A stretch of 64,000 nucleotides of DNA from Callorhinchus milii (Eukaryota), in assembly GCF_018977255.1 (NCBI RefSeq), contig NW_024704743.1, positions 64,482,001 to 64,546,000 of the forward strand, read 5' to 3'. The number at the start of each line of letters is the position of its first letter. Positions within the stretch are counted from its first letter, which is position 1. Both the position numbers and the translations under genes were made by a program. Positions 26,794 to 39,760 of the stretch are shown piece after piece. Under the pieces are notes generated by a model. That model was not told the origin of the DNA. It saw only the letters and a program-made list of their open reading frames with translations, and did no database searches.

Positions 26794-27102
26794 GTGGAGT
26801 CCTGTAGCTCAGTGGTTAGAGCACTCGCTTTGCAAGCGAGAGACCTGAGTTCAATTCCAGGCAGAGGGCGAAACCTTGGGCAAGTTTCCTTACTCCACAC
26901 AGAGCCTAATAATAATCCCTCCAAAAACCAAAAACAATAATAAATTGGTCATTTTCAATCTACGACTGTTTGTGGGACATTGCTGTGCGCAATTGGCTGC
27001 CGCGTTCGCCCACAAATATACAGTCAATTCACTTTACAGTGTGTTCTGTGAAGCGCTTTGGGATGTCCTCCTGACATGAAAAGCGCTATATCAAATGCAA
27101 GG

Positions 27103-27134
<32 letters not shown>
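26794..27134 (+). mobile_element. Young tRNA-derived SINE
   Basis: Same family; long (TTA)n tail. Confidence 0.95.
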
Positions 27135-27135
<1 letters not shown>

Positions 27136-29380
27136 ATCAAAAATGAAGAATAAAACATTTTTGAATATTTTCCACTCGCACTGATTCTGAGACTGTCCGG
27201 AATTGAATGGTTCCATTCAATCAGAATTAAAGTCCAATGCCTATACTGTATTTTTCAGTCACAGTTTGCATATTAATTTTTTTGAGAGAGACAAGCTCAC
27301 TCAGCACAATTCCTTTGGTCACAACATAAAATCCTATTTTCCATTTCTGCTCCAATCCGAGCTGTGACTCTAAGCATTAATTCAGCATAATTGTTCAGTA
27401 CATTTGATATGTTTGATGGGTTCCATCAGTCATGCTTGTTATTAGCTTCTTAAAGTAAACCATGAGACTTAAGCATTCACCCTGCGGTTTGGAAGCTTTT
27501 CCTGCTGCCTGTGAGGTGCGAAAATTGAAAATGGGGCCAATTATTGCTATCGCTCAAAGGACTCTAACAAAGAGAATGAAAGGCAATGAAACAAACAGGA
27601 TCTAAGGGGAGAAATGAGCAGATACAAGCCCTGATTGGGGGACACAAAGTAGAGGAAGATTTATCAACTCAGGAACAGTGGGGTGCAGACAAAACAATGG
27701 GACTGTTCAGACAGCATGACTAAGCTTCAGTTCCTGCACCACAAGACTTTCTGGATGCTTGTTCTGTTTGATTAGTCACATCAATGGCTCTTTTGTTTAC
27801 CTCATGCAGAAAGGATTTGAAAGGAATGTCTGCCTTCAGAAACCTTTTCAGGGAAATGAAGGCGGAATAAACATTGACTTTCCTGATTTTCCTAGCACAC
27901 AAATTCAGGTACAAAAAAGTAAGAGATAGCGTAGCACAATAGAATAATAATAACCCTTCCATTCGATATAGTGCCTTATCACGTCTTCGAGATGTCTCAA
28001 ATCACTTCACAGAATACACTGTAAAGTGAATTGACTGTATATTTTGTGGTCAAAATGAAATTAGGATTGTGATTAGGGAGTAAAAGGAGCGTTTCAGAAG
28101 AACATTTTCTCCCAGAGGGTTCATAATGATCCTTGCATTTGATACAGTGCCTTTCGCACCAGAAGGACGTCTCAAAACGTTTCATAGAATATATTGTAGA
28201 GTGTTGGAACAGGTTGGAATGATTTACTGGTGGACTTTGGAGCAAAGTCATTTGGGCATTTAAAAGAATTATGCAAGATTTATACAGAGGAAGGGTATTA
28301 GAGGAGATGGGGGTAAGAGCTGGCAATTGGGTTCAGGATGAATGGCATTTTGGTGTTTCCATACTGTGGAATCAAACATGTTTGGTTCTATAGGAGCAGG
28401 AATAGACCATTAGATCCATCAAGGTTGTCCTGCCACTATATTACTATTAGATCATGTCTGACCTTTTAACCCATTTCAATAAGGGAGAATCACAGGCACA
28501 ATGTTGACATTCTGAAATGAATGGTGGTTCGAAAGGGCACATGGGATGTGTGAAAGGAAAAGTGTTGCCAAGGATATACATTGAAGAAGCACAATTGACT
28601 TGGTTAGGAATCACATTATTAGTTGTCTGAGATCCAACAAGCAAATAAAATTAAGCTATGTCTGAAAATTAGATAAATAAGGTGAGCACGTTTGATTAAA
28701 AGAGAAAGACGGAATGGGGAATCTAATCTAATATAATATAACAGAGGATAGAATATAAATAACTAGGATTAATAGTTAGCTTGCCAAGCCAGAGTATTAC
28801 CTTTGAAGTTCTTTCCAAAAGGCAAGCAATATCAATGGAAAAGGGAGCCTGGCTCCATGCACAGAATCCACTGTTCCAGTTCAGCTAAATTGGTTTAGCA
28901 GTAATACTTTAAGTTGCCCTGCTGTGAATGAGTTCTGTGAAAACCTTAGGACATGAGGACAGAGCTGATGGAATAAGAGGATTTGTGCATTAGAATGCTG
29001 ACTCAGCTGGGAGTAACCCTGACAAGAATAGAGGTGCTGTGTCTATAAGTCAATGTGCAAGATAAGACGAACAGAGGACACAATGAGGTTTAATCAGCAA
29101 TGTTCACAAACCAGATTTTTGGGGTTAATTGGGATTTCTAGATTGAGAATATTGAACTGCAGGATTCATATCAGATTCCCAGATGACAAATTCTAAATCC
29201 TGAAAGTCAGTAAATTCCCAAAAAGCAGTCCATTGAGCATGGCTTTCTGGTCACTGTTTTTGTTTTACTTTACAAACTTTCAGCATTTGCAATTTATTGT
29301 TAATAAATTTCACAATCCATTATTCCCAAGTAATGCAACATATTTGGTTTATAAATATCAATTATTAGATCCATTAAATT

Positions 29381-29880
29381 GAACATAAGAAATGCTAGAT
29401 GAAGAAAATCAAGGTCCATCTAGTTCGCCTTCCACCTTCCTGGTTCGCATGCGCATATATAACAAACTACCTATGTACGATATCCCATAAAAGAAAACTA
29501 TCTAATCTGTATTTGAAAGAATCAACACTTCCTGCTTCAACTGTCTCCTAAGGGAGCCTGTTCCACAGGTTCACTATTCACTCACTGAAATAGTGTTTGC
29601 GTAGATTCGTTCTGAATTCTCCCCCTTTCAAGCGCAGGCCGTGTCCTCTGGTGTTACTATTCTGGACAAGTTGAAACAGCCTGTCTTGCCCCTTTAGAAT
29701 CTTAAAGACAACAATCATGTTGCCTCTCATTTTTCCCTTTTCCAGGGTGAACATGCCCAATTTATTTAGTCGCTCCTCTTAGTCCAGTCCCTCCAATATT
29801 CTTTTTGTACTGCTGCGATCAGAACCCTACACAGTACTCTAAGTATGGTCTCATCATATATGGTATATATTGAAACAATA
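29381..29880 (-). mobile_element. CR1 3' fragment
   Basis: FTLEKGKMRGNMIVVFKILKG...TRGHGLRL...RKHYFSE; the same 3' UTR also occurs at 11171-11290. Confidence 0.85.
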
Positions 29881-30214
29881 TCTCAGGGAGAAACTTACCG
29901 CCTATGTATGCCTCCTATAAATGGAAACTTCCCTATGTCTTGAATAGAATGCCCACGTTCACCTTTGAGAAACATACCCTACTTACAGGGTATGGTAGAG
30001 TAATATTATTATGATACCTTGGGAGGACATCCCAAATTACTTCATAGGATTTACCGTAAAGTGTAGTTGCTGTATTTTTAGGCAAACAGGGCAGCCAAAT
30101 TCACACACAGCAATGTCCCACAAACAGCCATGACGTGAATAACCAATTTTATGTGGGGGATTGTTGGCCAGAATATCAGGAGAAACTCCCTTCTCTTTTC
30201 AAATAGTGCCATGG

Positions 30215-30560
30215 ACAATCAGTTGAGGATCAATGAACATCCTTAAAGAACATTCTGCAGTGCTTGCAGGACAGGTATATACCCAAGAGCAGCAGGGGAA
30301 AAATTAACAAAAACACATCAAATAAAAAATAAAATAGAAAATAGGAAAATAAAAAGGGAGATAAAAAAGAAAAGGAAGATTTTTAAAGCTTGTGGGAAGA
30401 AAGGAGAGGGTGACCACTGTGTTGAATACAAGACTGTACAGAAAGATGTTAAAAAAAATTAGGGAAGCCAAGAGAGAACTGGAAAGGAACACAGCAGCAC
30501 ATGCAAAACATAACTCCCTGAAATTATTTCAATATTACAACGATAAGAGAGTAGTTAGGA
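30215..30560 (+). mobile_element. CR1 internal (EN-RT linker) fragment; second copy at 31078-31215
   Basis: KKIREAKRELERNTAAHAKHNSLKLFQYYNDKR is typical of the CR1 ORF2 linker. Confidence 0.7.
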
Positions 30561-33109
30561 AGATGAAAAAGAGAATGAACAGGAGACAGCAAGCATATTG
30601 AAAGACTATTTCCTGGAGAGTTTTTTTTATCCGGAAGACACTAAGAACATGATGTGTAACACGGGTAAAAATCCCCATTTCAGCACCATGGAAACAGCAT
30701 CAATATTCTATGGAGAGAGTTGCTGTCGATCGTGGTCAGATCAATCAATTGGAATAAGTACTCCAGGCAGCAGAAGAAAACAAGCCCAGCAAATAGCCAG
30801 CAGCTCCAATAGAGCACCTCATGGCAAACGTCCAACCACATTCTGGAAGGAGAGCAGGGGTGTTTCACGAAAGAAAACTGTAAAGACTGCAAAGTTTCGC
30901 ACTGAATGGTGGTAGATGTTTGTTAAGTAAATATACGTGTAAGCATGAATGTGAAGTACATTTACCTTGTGTACATTGTGTGAGTGTTTGTAAGGTGTTT
31001 GCTACCAAAATTAGTGCATGTGGCTAAATCAGTGTCACTGTAGCCACACCTGTGGCTAGTCAATGATTTTTATTGGACAATAAAAGGGAGATAAAGAAGA
31101 AAAGGAAGATTTATGAAGTTTGTAGGAAGAAAGGGTAGGGTGACTATTATGTTGAATGCAAAGACGGTAATTGAAAGCCATTAAAAAAGAGACTAGGGAA
31201 GCCAAGAGAAACTACATGAGTTCAAAGTCCTGATGTGGGGCTTGAACCCATAACCTTCTGACTCAGAAGCTATTAAGCATAGTTGCTAAGAGCTAAGGCT
31301 TGGGGACCCCAGAGTGCCTGTTGGGGTACTGCTGGAGTTTAACCAGCTAAAACCACATAGCTTGCCATGGAGAGTACTGTCTGGCAAGCTTCCTGCTGCT
31401 TTTCCAGATTGCCCAACCCATCTGTTAGGGCTTTGGCTTGCAGGACCTGAGTGAGAAGAATCCCTGCTCTCAGTGGCTAGTCTGCATCTCCAAATCCTGC
31501 CAATGAGCTGTGCTGGTTGATCTATCATCAATGAGTACTGTGGACCTGCCCGGATTAGGAATTGGACTGCTGAGACTGCCATAGAGGGGTAACTCAATTC
31601 CAACATTCTGTTGCCAAGTACATTGTCTCGGAGTCAGTTCTGCTCCAAATAGACCTTGCTTACCTTCCCCCCTACTCCCCCCATCCCCAAAGGATAGTCA
31701 CTATTTGGTCATTTGATATCCGACAAACACAGGCTTGACCTCTCACTGGTTGGATGGCAGGTACCAGGAATTATCTGTGAATTTCCTGGTGGGCAACACA
31801 GCATGAGAGCAGTATCACCATCTCTCTGTCCATATCTCAGACACACCTCCCTACCCACTGAATGATAGTTCCATCAATTAGAGGTGCAACAGCTGCTCAA
31901 ATATACACTGAGTGCAGAATATTAAATCCTCCACAGGATCCGTGGTTATTCTCTACAGAAAAATGTAGTAGGGACATACATAACAAAAAAGAGGTTATGC
32001 AGGAGTTAATTAGAAAGTAATCCTCTACTTTGAACACTGCTATGTGCTAAGTTAGTGGAGGAATAATGTTTTCAAGGAAACTAGATAAGAATACTTTTAC
32101 AAAACTGTAGAAGAAAAGGCTAGGATAGAAAGAGAGCAAGGCAGATTATGAAGCCTTAAGAAAGAGGTATATGAGCATGATAAGAAAGACAGAACTGGAA
32201 GCTGATAGAAGGGACAGGAAGGAACAGGGCAAAGAGTAGAATTAATTGGTAGATCCAACTGTTCACATTATTTGTCCAGCTGGCTCCAGTCTTCCAGTTA
32301 AAGCTTTAAATTACACGGTTCAGGGCATCTTCATATCTCAAGCTTTCATTTTAATGAGCAACACAAGCTGACCAATCGTCAACTCTCCTAGCCTTTACTT
32401 CCCCTATTTTGTAAAAGAACTCTTATCTGGTATGACCTAAACTTGGCCTAATGTGGACTTTGCCAGACATGTCTCCTTGGAGCAACTTCAATGCAGAGAG
32501 TGCTCTTTTACCTCTCTTCAAAGGAGCATGCAAATAAGTCATGGACTTCTTCATGAGGAAGCTAAATAAAATCTGTCTCACCACATCTTCCTCCTCATGT
32601 CTCTCCATTCCAATCTCCTCATCCTGTACCCTTTCCTGCTTCCCCTACCCTGCGCACTTTTGCCCCCATTTGATCTTTGTCCTTCTTCACCCTCATCATT
32701 ACCCACCAGAAACTTAACATCTGCTCCAGTGAACCATGCCTCACCCAATCACTCTGCCACCTACTGGCAGACATTGTTCCTAACCTTCAAAGCAACAAGT
32801 TGCATTTATACAGCACACTTCACATAGAATAACATCTTGGAGCACTTTAAAAAGACTGGGTCAGATATTGAGCATGGGGAGAGGAGGAGAGAGGGAGATG
32901 TGACTACAGACACTGTTAAAGAGGTAGATTTTAAGGTAGGACTTAAAGATAGATAGAAAGGGGCAAGAAGATGGGGGATAGGGGAAGGAAGTTCTAACAT
33001 TTTTATAACACCATTGTGGGAGAAATTCCAACTGGGTTGAGGTTTAGCATTTGTTTAGCATTTCAGGATATCCAGAATTTATTATTATTAATGATGATTC
33101 TTGCACTTG

Positions 33110-33470
33110 CAGGTAATTTAAGTTGATAGCCCTCTTGCCTTCGAGTCAGACGATTGTGGGTTCAAGCCCCATGTTGGAATATTAAGCTCATTTTCTAGAC
33201 TCACCCATGTAGGTGCTGTCCTTTGGATGAGACCTTCAACCGAGATTCCATCTGCCTATCCAGGTGGATGTTAAAGATCCAGTGACACTATTCAAAAAGT
33301 GAAGAGAGTTTCTCCTGGTGACACGGCCAATAATGCCCCAGATATAATTGGCCACTCACATCATGGTTGTTTGTGGGAGTCTGCTTAAACAGCCACTTAC
33401 GTCATAACTGTTTAAGCGCTCCAAGACACAACCCCACATGAAGGGTGCTATATAAATGCAAGCTGTTGCT
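33110..33470 (+). mobile_element. Old DeuSINE-type SINE ending in the tail of the second L2 family
   Basis: Head and body match the family; 3' end is AAGCGCTCCAAGACAC...GAAGGGTGCTATATAAATGCAAG. Confidence 0.75.
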
Positions 33471-34653
33471 GCGTGTCAATTTGCTGTTTATAAGTCTTTT
33501 ACAAAAAAATGAATCAGAAAAACTGGCTTTTCAAATTAAGGCTGAATTTATTAATTTTCACAACTGACGGAATCTTCATTTTAAGGTGATGGTCATAAGG
33601 TTAACAGCATGAGAGTTTTGTGTCCCAGTTTGCCTGTTATCCCGGGTCTTTACATAACCCCTTTTTATATTGAGCTCTTTCAGCTTCAATTCACATCCAG
33701 CAAAGCCTTGTTTTACCCGCCAAATTTACAGTGAATTCATTTTACAGTATATAATGTGAAGCCCTTTGAGACGTCTCATGACGTGATTAGACGCTATATC
33801 AAATGCAAGGATTATTGTTATGACAGCTCAGCACCATTTATGAGGCTGTTATGGGGACAATGTAACTTCAGGTTTAATGGTACTATCTACTACCCCACAA
33901 AGTATTGGTAAATCTCTTTCAGAAATAATTGCATCTTATTTCAAATATTTAGAATCCTGCATATTAGAAAATGGAACTTTAAAGGGAAAAGAAATGTAGT
34001 CTAGACAACAGACCATTTATTTCTTATTGCTTTCTGATATAACCTAAGTCATACGGGCAATCCTCCAATCCTCAATTGAACTAATATTTTAATCTTTTGT
34101 AATCTGTTCATGTAAGTTCATTCTAGTCCTTTGAAAGTTATTCTGTGTCTTTTTTTAGTTTGAACTTTCCTTTGTAAAAATTGACAGACGCTTTGGTCTG
34201 CAACATCTAACATATTTAAATGAGATTTGATATTCCTTGCAGAATGTACTGTTGATTCTCACTCATGATTCATATGGCAACAGCCTGAAGGGTAGAGTAG
34301 AGTTACTTACAAAAGCAGCACTTCAAACAAAACTCATTGGAAGTAAGAGAAAATACTTGTTTTCTTTTGCCAAGCTGTCACCGCACACCTAAATCTCTAT
34401 TCAAACCTATTCAAAGCTTGAAGAATGAATTACCTGCCGTGGTTTGTAGCGGCATTAAAAATAGATCATTCATAATCTTTAATAGTGCATAAAGGGCACG
34501 GCAGTAAATAATTCCTGACCACCAGCAGTGAAGATGTCAGCATGTTCATCAACCTTTCCAAATCACGACCTTTTGAGAATTATATCAGTGCTAATACAGA
34601 TCTCATGTGTACATTAAAACTGAAGGTTATTTAACAATTGACAAGTCTGATTT

Positions 34654-34947
34654 TAATAATCCTTGCATTTTGATATAGCGCTTTACACATCTTCTGGATG
34701 TCTCAAAGCGCTTCACAGAATATGCTGTAAAGTGAATTGACCGTATATTTGTGAGCGAAACGGGGCAGTCAATTGCACACAGCAGTGTCCCACAAACAGT
34801 CGTGGATTGAAAATGAACAATTTATTATTATTTTGGAGGGATTATTATTAGTAAGGAACTTGCCCAAGGTTTCGCCCTGCCTGGAATTGAACCCAGGTGT
34901 TTCGCTTGCAAGGCGAGTTCTCTAACCACTGAGCTACAGGACTCCAC
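34654..34947 (-). mobile_element. Young tRNA-derived SINE
   Basis: Reverse complement of the family, ending GGACTCCAC on the + strand. Confidence 0.92.
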
Positions 34948-35644
34948 TTTCATTTTAGGCATTCGCTTTTCATTTTATTATGAGTGAGTTTGGGGCTGAT
35001 TTATTGTGTGTCAGCTGTGAAGGCTTTTTATGCAGTTGTTTGTTGAGCTGTGAACTCAGCTGCCACCCACATGGGAGCTTGGCATTTTCCAATAACATGA
35101 ATGCCAGCCAGCAGGATGTTAGCCCACCTAATCAGACCTCAGCCAAGATAATGAAGGTTATCACCTTAAAAAGCAGCAAACAAGCCTTTTGACCCTGACA
35201 ATGCACCAGCAGGTGGAAATCCAGATGTGCTAATTGGAAAATGGCAGCATAATAGCCAATTAGCAAGAAAGATTGTTGGCCAAATACCAAGAGAAACGCC
35301 CTTCTTTTTTCAAATTGTGTCACGGGATCTTTTAAAGTCAACCTGATAAGACAGACAGCAGTTTAACATCTGATTTTAATGACGAGCAATTAGCAGTCCT
35401 CCAGTGTCAACCTAAAGTAGAAGCTCAAGTCCCAACATATGGCTTGGAACCCACAAGGGTCCGTGAGGCAAGAATTTTTACCAATTGAACCAAACCGAAC
35501 AAAGAACCTCAGCTGGATGAGGGTTTGAAAGAAAGAATAATAAAAGTCAGCCAAGACGTGAAACTGACACAGACAGATAAATAGGTTAATACATGCTTTC
35601 AAAATGCATGTTTGAGTATCAGCCTGGTGACAGAGCGGCTGCAT

Positions 35645-36070
35645 TGGTAGCACGTTGTCTGAGTCAGAAGGTTGTGAGTTCAAGCTGCAAACTGGGAGGA
35701 CTTTGAATTAACAGTCCAGCTGACACTCCTATGCAGTGCTGGGGCGTGTTGTGTGTGGGAGGTGCTGCCTTTCAGATAAGATGTTAAACCAAGTTCCCTT
35801 ATGCTTGTTCAGGTGGTCTTTAGAGATTCCATAGCACTAGTTGAAATAAGAAAGAAGTTTCTCCTAATTTTCTGGCCAATAATCCCCCAAATAAAAAAGT
35901 GGCCACTCACTTCATGGCTGTTTGCAGGATGTTCTTATGTGCAAATTGGCTGTCGCATTCGCCTACAAAAATATGATTACAATTCAGAGTAAATTCACAG
36001 TGAAGTGCTTTAAGACGTCCTGACAATGTGATAAGGCGCTATGTCAAATGCAAGGATTATTATTATATTA
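35645..36070 (+). mobile_element. Old DeuSINE-type SINE
   Basis: TTGGTAGCAC...GAGTCAGAAGGTTGTGAGTTCAAG head through to the GGATTATTATT tail. Confidence 0.82.
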
Positions 36071-39000
36071 TAATTCTAATACCAAGCCCTTCATTGCTAT
36101 GGAATGGAAATTTTTGAAGCTATCCAATGAATACCAGGGATGGTGACAGGCACCTGTGAAATACCAAGATCAAGAATGCAATGTGTGATCTGATAGTTAT
36201 CACAATGCCATTCAATGTTTGAACACACTGACAAACACAAAATGTGCTTGAAGACTGATTAGTTTTTGTTTGCATTCAAAATCATCCACAGTTTATCGTA
36301 GCTATTTGGCCATCAGCGTATCTATGTGATACTGTGAATCAGGGAAATGTTGCAGCGTATTGTCCTAAGGCTCTTCCTTTACAAGTTGACACCAGTTCAT
36401 ACAGCAGTCACCCTATACCCAGGGGCCTACCAGGCTACCATGAAGAAAACAGAATACTGCATTCTGCACAGAGGGTTGTGAAAGATTATTATATTACATC
36501 ACCTGCCCTCACAGCACTTTATGAATAAACAAACAGCTCAATTCTTGAAAGCCAGCACTGGAAGTAATCACTATAGTATTCTGAGTTAGGCAGTATATAT
36601 CTTGCTGTTTAGAATTTGTGGTAAATTGGCAGTGAATTATGTGGAAACTTACACATAACTCAGATGAGAGGGTTTCTGGTGCCAGGACCTTTCAGAATTA
36701 TTTTGATATTTTTATTAGTTCTTAAATGCACTTCCTTTTGCTACAATCTCACTTAAAATCAAAATGCATTGCACCATCCTCTTCTCTAATTTATTCTGTC
36801 CTAGAGCCTCAAGACTGTATCTCCTTACCTCTCTTAATCATCCCCTCCTACTATATTCTACAGCCTTCTAAAACCTGGGATCACTAAAACAATTAATGTT
36901 TTAATTCTCTTGTATCTGTCGTGCTTCTACATTTTGATGTGTAGCACAACAAAACTGCAACAACTTGAATTATATAGCAACCCTTAGCATGTAGGATCCC
37001 GTAGAACTTAGTGGAACTTGACACCGAGCCACGGAGAGAGAGTAGGTGACCATAGTACAGTCGAATAGGAAGGTCTTCAGGTGTGATCTGAAGATCGACA
37101 AAAAGGGGGCAAGGTTTGAATCCTGATCCTGCACCTAGCTTTCCTTATGTGATGGAACAGACCAATTCATGTGACTGCAAAATAAATTAATAATCAGATC
37201 TGGGAAACTATGAGAATAAAAACATAGCAAATCAAACTATTTTCCACTTATATTTGACATGACACCTGTAATACCAAAGCATATCACAGGTAATTGCTGT
37301 CAAATGCAGTATTTTGTAGAGGAATGTAACAGCTAATTTATCTACAGCAGGTCTCATTAACAGCTAAAATGTGAATGATCAATTTATCTAGATTGTTGGC
37401 CGAGACATTCCCTTCTCTTTTTGAATAGTGCCATGTAATATTTTTGACATTAACATGAACAGACAGGCAGGACCTTAGTTTAATTGACATATCCAGCAAT
37501 GAAGCATTCATCCAGTACTCATCCACTCAGCTTGGACTATGAGCTTAAAATCCCAAAGTGGGCTTGAACCAACAATCTTCTATGTCAGAGGCATGAATGT
37601 TAACCAACTGAGCCAAATGACAACTTTCCAGAGAAGCGAGGGATGAGCAGGGGAGACTTTTGGTGCTAAATCTTCCAATAATATGCCTAAGTGTTAACAT
37701 GTAACTTTCAAAGTTTAGTACAATTCATACCTGGCCTGTGATAAGAAAAATCTATCAAACCATTGTAATCGCTTCAAATGAATACCTTTATTGTTTGTAT
37801 TTGATCGTTTTGTTTGGTCAGCCAGGTATCTGACACATGCAGAAACCCATCACACGCTTAAGAGTATCCAAATTAGACTGAGGGATCCACATTTATATTT
37901 CATCCACTCATGGCACTAAATTGAACTTTGTAAAGAGTCAGCTTTAATTCCACCAGTGGAAATAGTGTCAGAAGGTAATGGAAAACAAGACAAGAAACAA
38001 GTCAAGGTAATAATATTTAAAATGGATTTTCCATAAACACTTGAAGAGGAAGAACAGAAAATGACCAGGAGAGCAGGGAATTGGAATTATAGTAAATAGC
38101 TAAGGTGTTACAGGCTCGATAGACTAAATAGACTCCTCCTATTTGTAATTTTTATGTTCTATAATTCTATAAATCACAAATAGTTTGTACAGTTTATGGA
38201 TGGAATGGTAGAGTGAGCAAAATTGAATTCAAAAAATATTCCCCACCCTCCTCACTCATCTTGTGCAAGATTAAACAAATATGCCTTGAGTAACCCACAT
38301 TTGTCTCTGAGTTAGAAGGTTGTGGGTTCAAGCCACACGCCAGGATATCTCAGCTGACATTCAAAATAAAAAGAGCAAGCTGCAGACTATTTCAAATTCT
38401 GCTGCTCAAGTCCTCTCCCACACCAGAATCTGTAAGCCTATCACCCCAATCCTCATCCAACTACATTGGTCCCCTATCCCCCAAAGGATCAAGTTCAAGA
38501 TCCTTGTCCTCACTTTTACCAACATGAAAGGTATGGTATAAATGCAATTTGTTATTATTGTTAACATTCCAGTGCAGTCTTGGATGAGACATTAACCTGA
38601 AGTCCCATCTACCCATTCAGATGGACATAATTTATCTCATGGCATTATTCAATAAGAAAGTGGAGTTTCTCCCAGTATCCTGGCCAACATCCCAATAAAA
38701 TTGGTCATTCATTTCATGGTCGTTTGTGGGACATTGCTGTGCATAAATTGGCTGCTGCATTCACCTACAATTACACATTCACTATGCTTTAGAATTTATC
38801 GTGTGAAACGCTTTGAGATGTCCTCCTGACATAAAAGGAACTATGCTAAATGCAAGGTTTATTATTATTCACAAAGTTCTCAAAGTAAATAAATTACAGA
38901 ACTGAAAGGTTTATAGGCATGAAAAGCAAAATACTTGCAACTTAATACCATCAAAGAGATTAGTTTCTTTAAACCAATATATTTTTTTAGAAGTTTGCAG

Positions 39001-39239
39001 ACTCCAAGATTACAGAAATAGAATTGAGCTCATCAGGAATACTGCATTGTCAGAGGTGTCCTTTGGATTACATGTTAAACTGCCTGTTCAGCTGGATATT
39101 AAAGATTCCACAGCATTATTCAAAAAGAGATGGGAGTTTGGGCCAACAATCCTCTGTGGTGGTCTCAGTTGTCCAGTTCCTGAGCCAGGCGGGTCCACAG
39201 TATTCCAGGGCACTGCTAATGACAGACCAGCCATCAGCT

Positions 39240-39562
39240 GCCAGTTTGTGCACAACAATGTCCTACAAACAGTCATGGAGTGAGTGACCAATTTTATTTG
39301 GGAGATTGTTGACCAGGACACCACGAGAAACTCTCTTCTCTTTTCAAATAGGGCCATGGGATCCTTAACGTCCACCCAAACAGGCAGAAGGGACCTCAGT
39401 TTAACATTTCATTCGAAAGATGACACCTCCAACAATGCAACATATCCCCGGCACTGTATTGAAGTGTTAGCTCAGACTATATGATTCCAAGTTCCTGACA
39501 TAGGGCTTGATCCCATGACCTTCTGACTCAGAGGTGAGAGTGCTCTCAGTGCGCTAGACTGT
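39240..39562 (-). mobile_element. Old DeuSINE-type SINE (tail missing)
   Basis: Reverse complement of the head, body and Deu core. Confidence 0.8.
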
Positions 39563-39760
39563 CAGTGGATCAACAAGAAAAGATCCACTCTCGAAGAATA
39601 CAAAATGACCTGAGCAAAATTGGGTTGTCCAAATCAAAGATCTAAGCCAATTATTAGTATTATCCAGTTTGTCATGAATCCACCTATATTTTTATAGCGT
39701 CTCACAGGATCACAAGGGAGGTTCCATTGAAGAAGGCCCTTTGGTTCATTTGATCTTATA

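Noticed and set aside
34427..34514. Inverted repeat CTGCCGTG / CACGGCAG as a possible pre-miRNA or MITE
   Set aside because: The stem is too short and the interior does not pair extensively.
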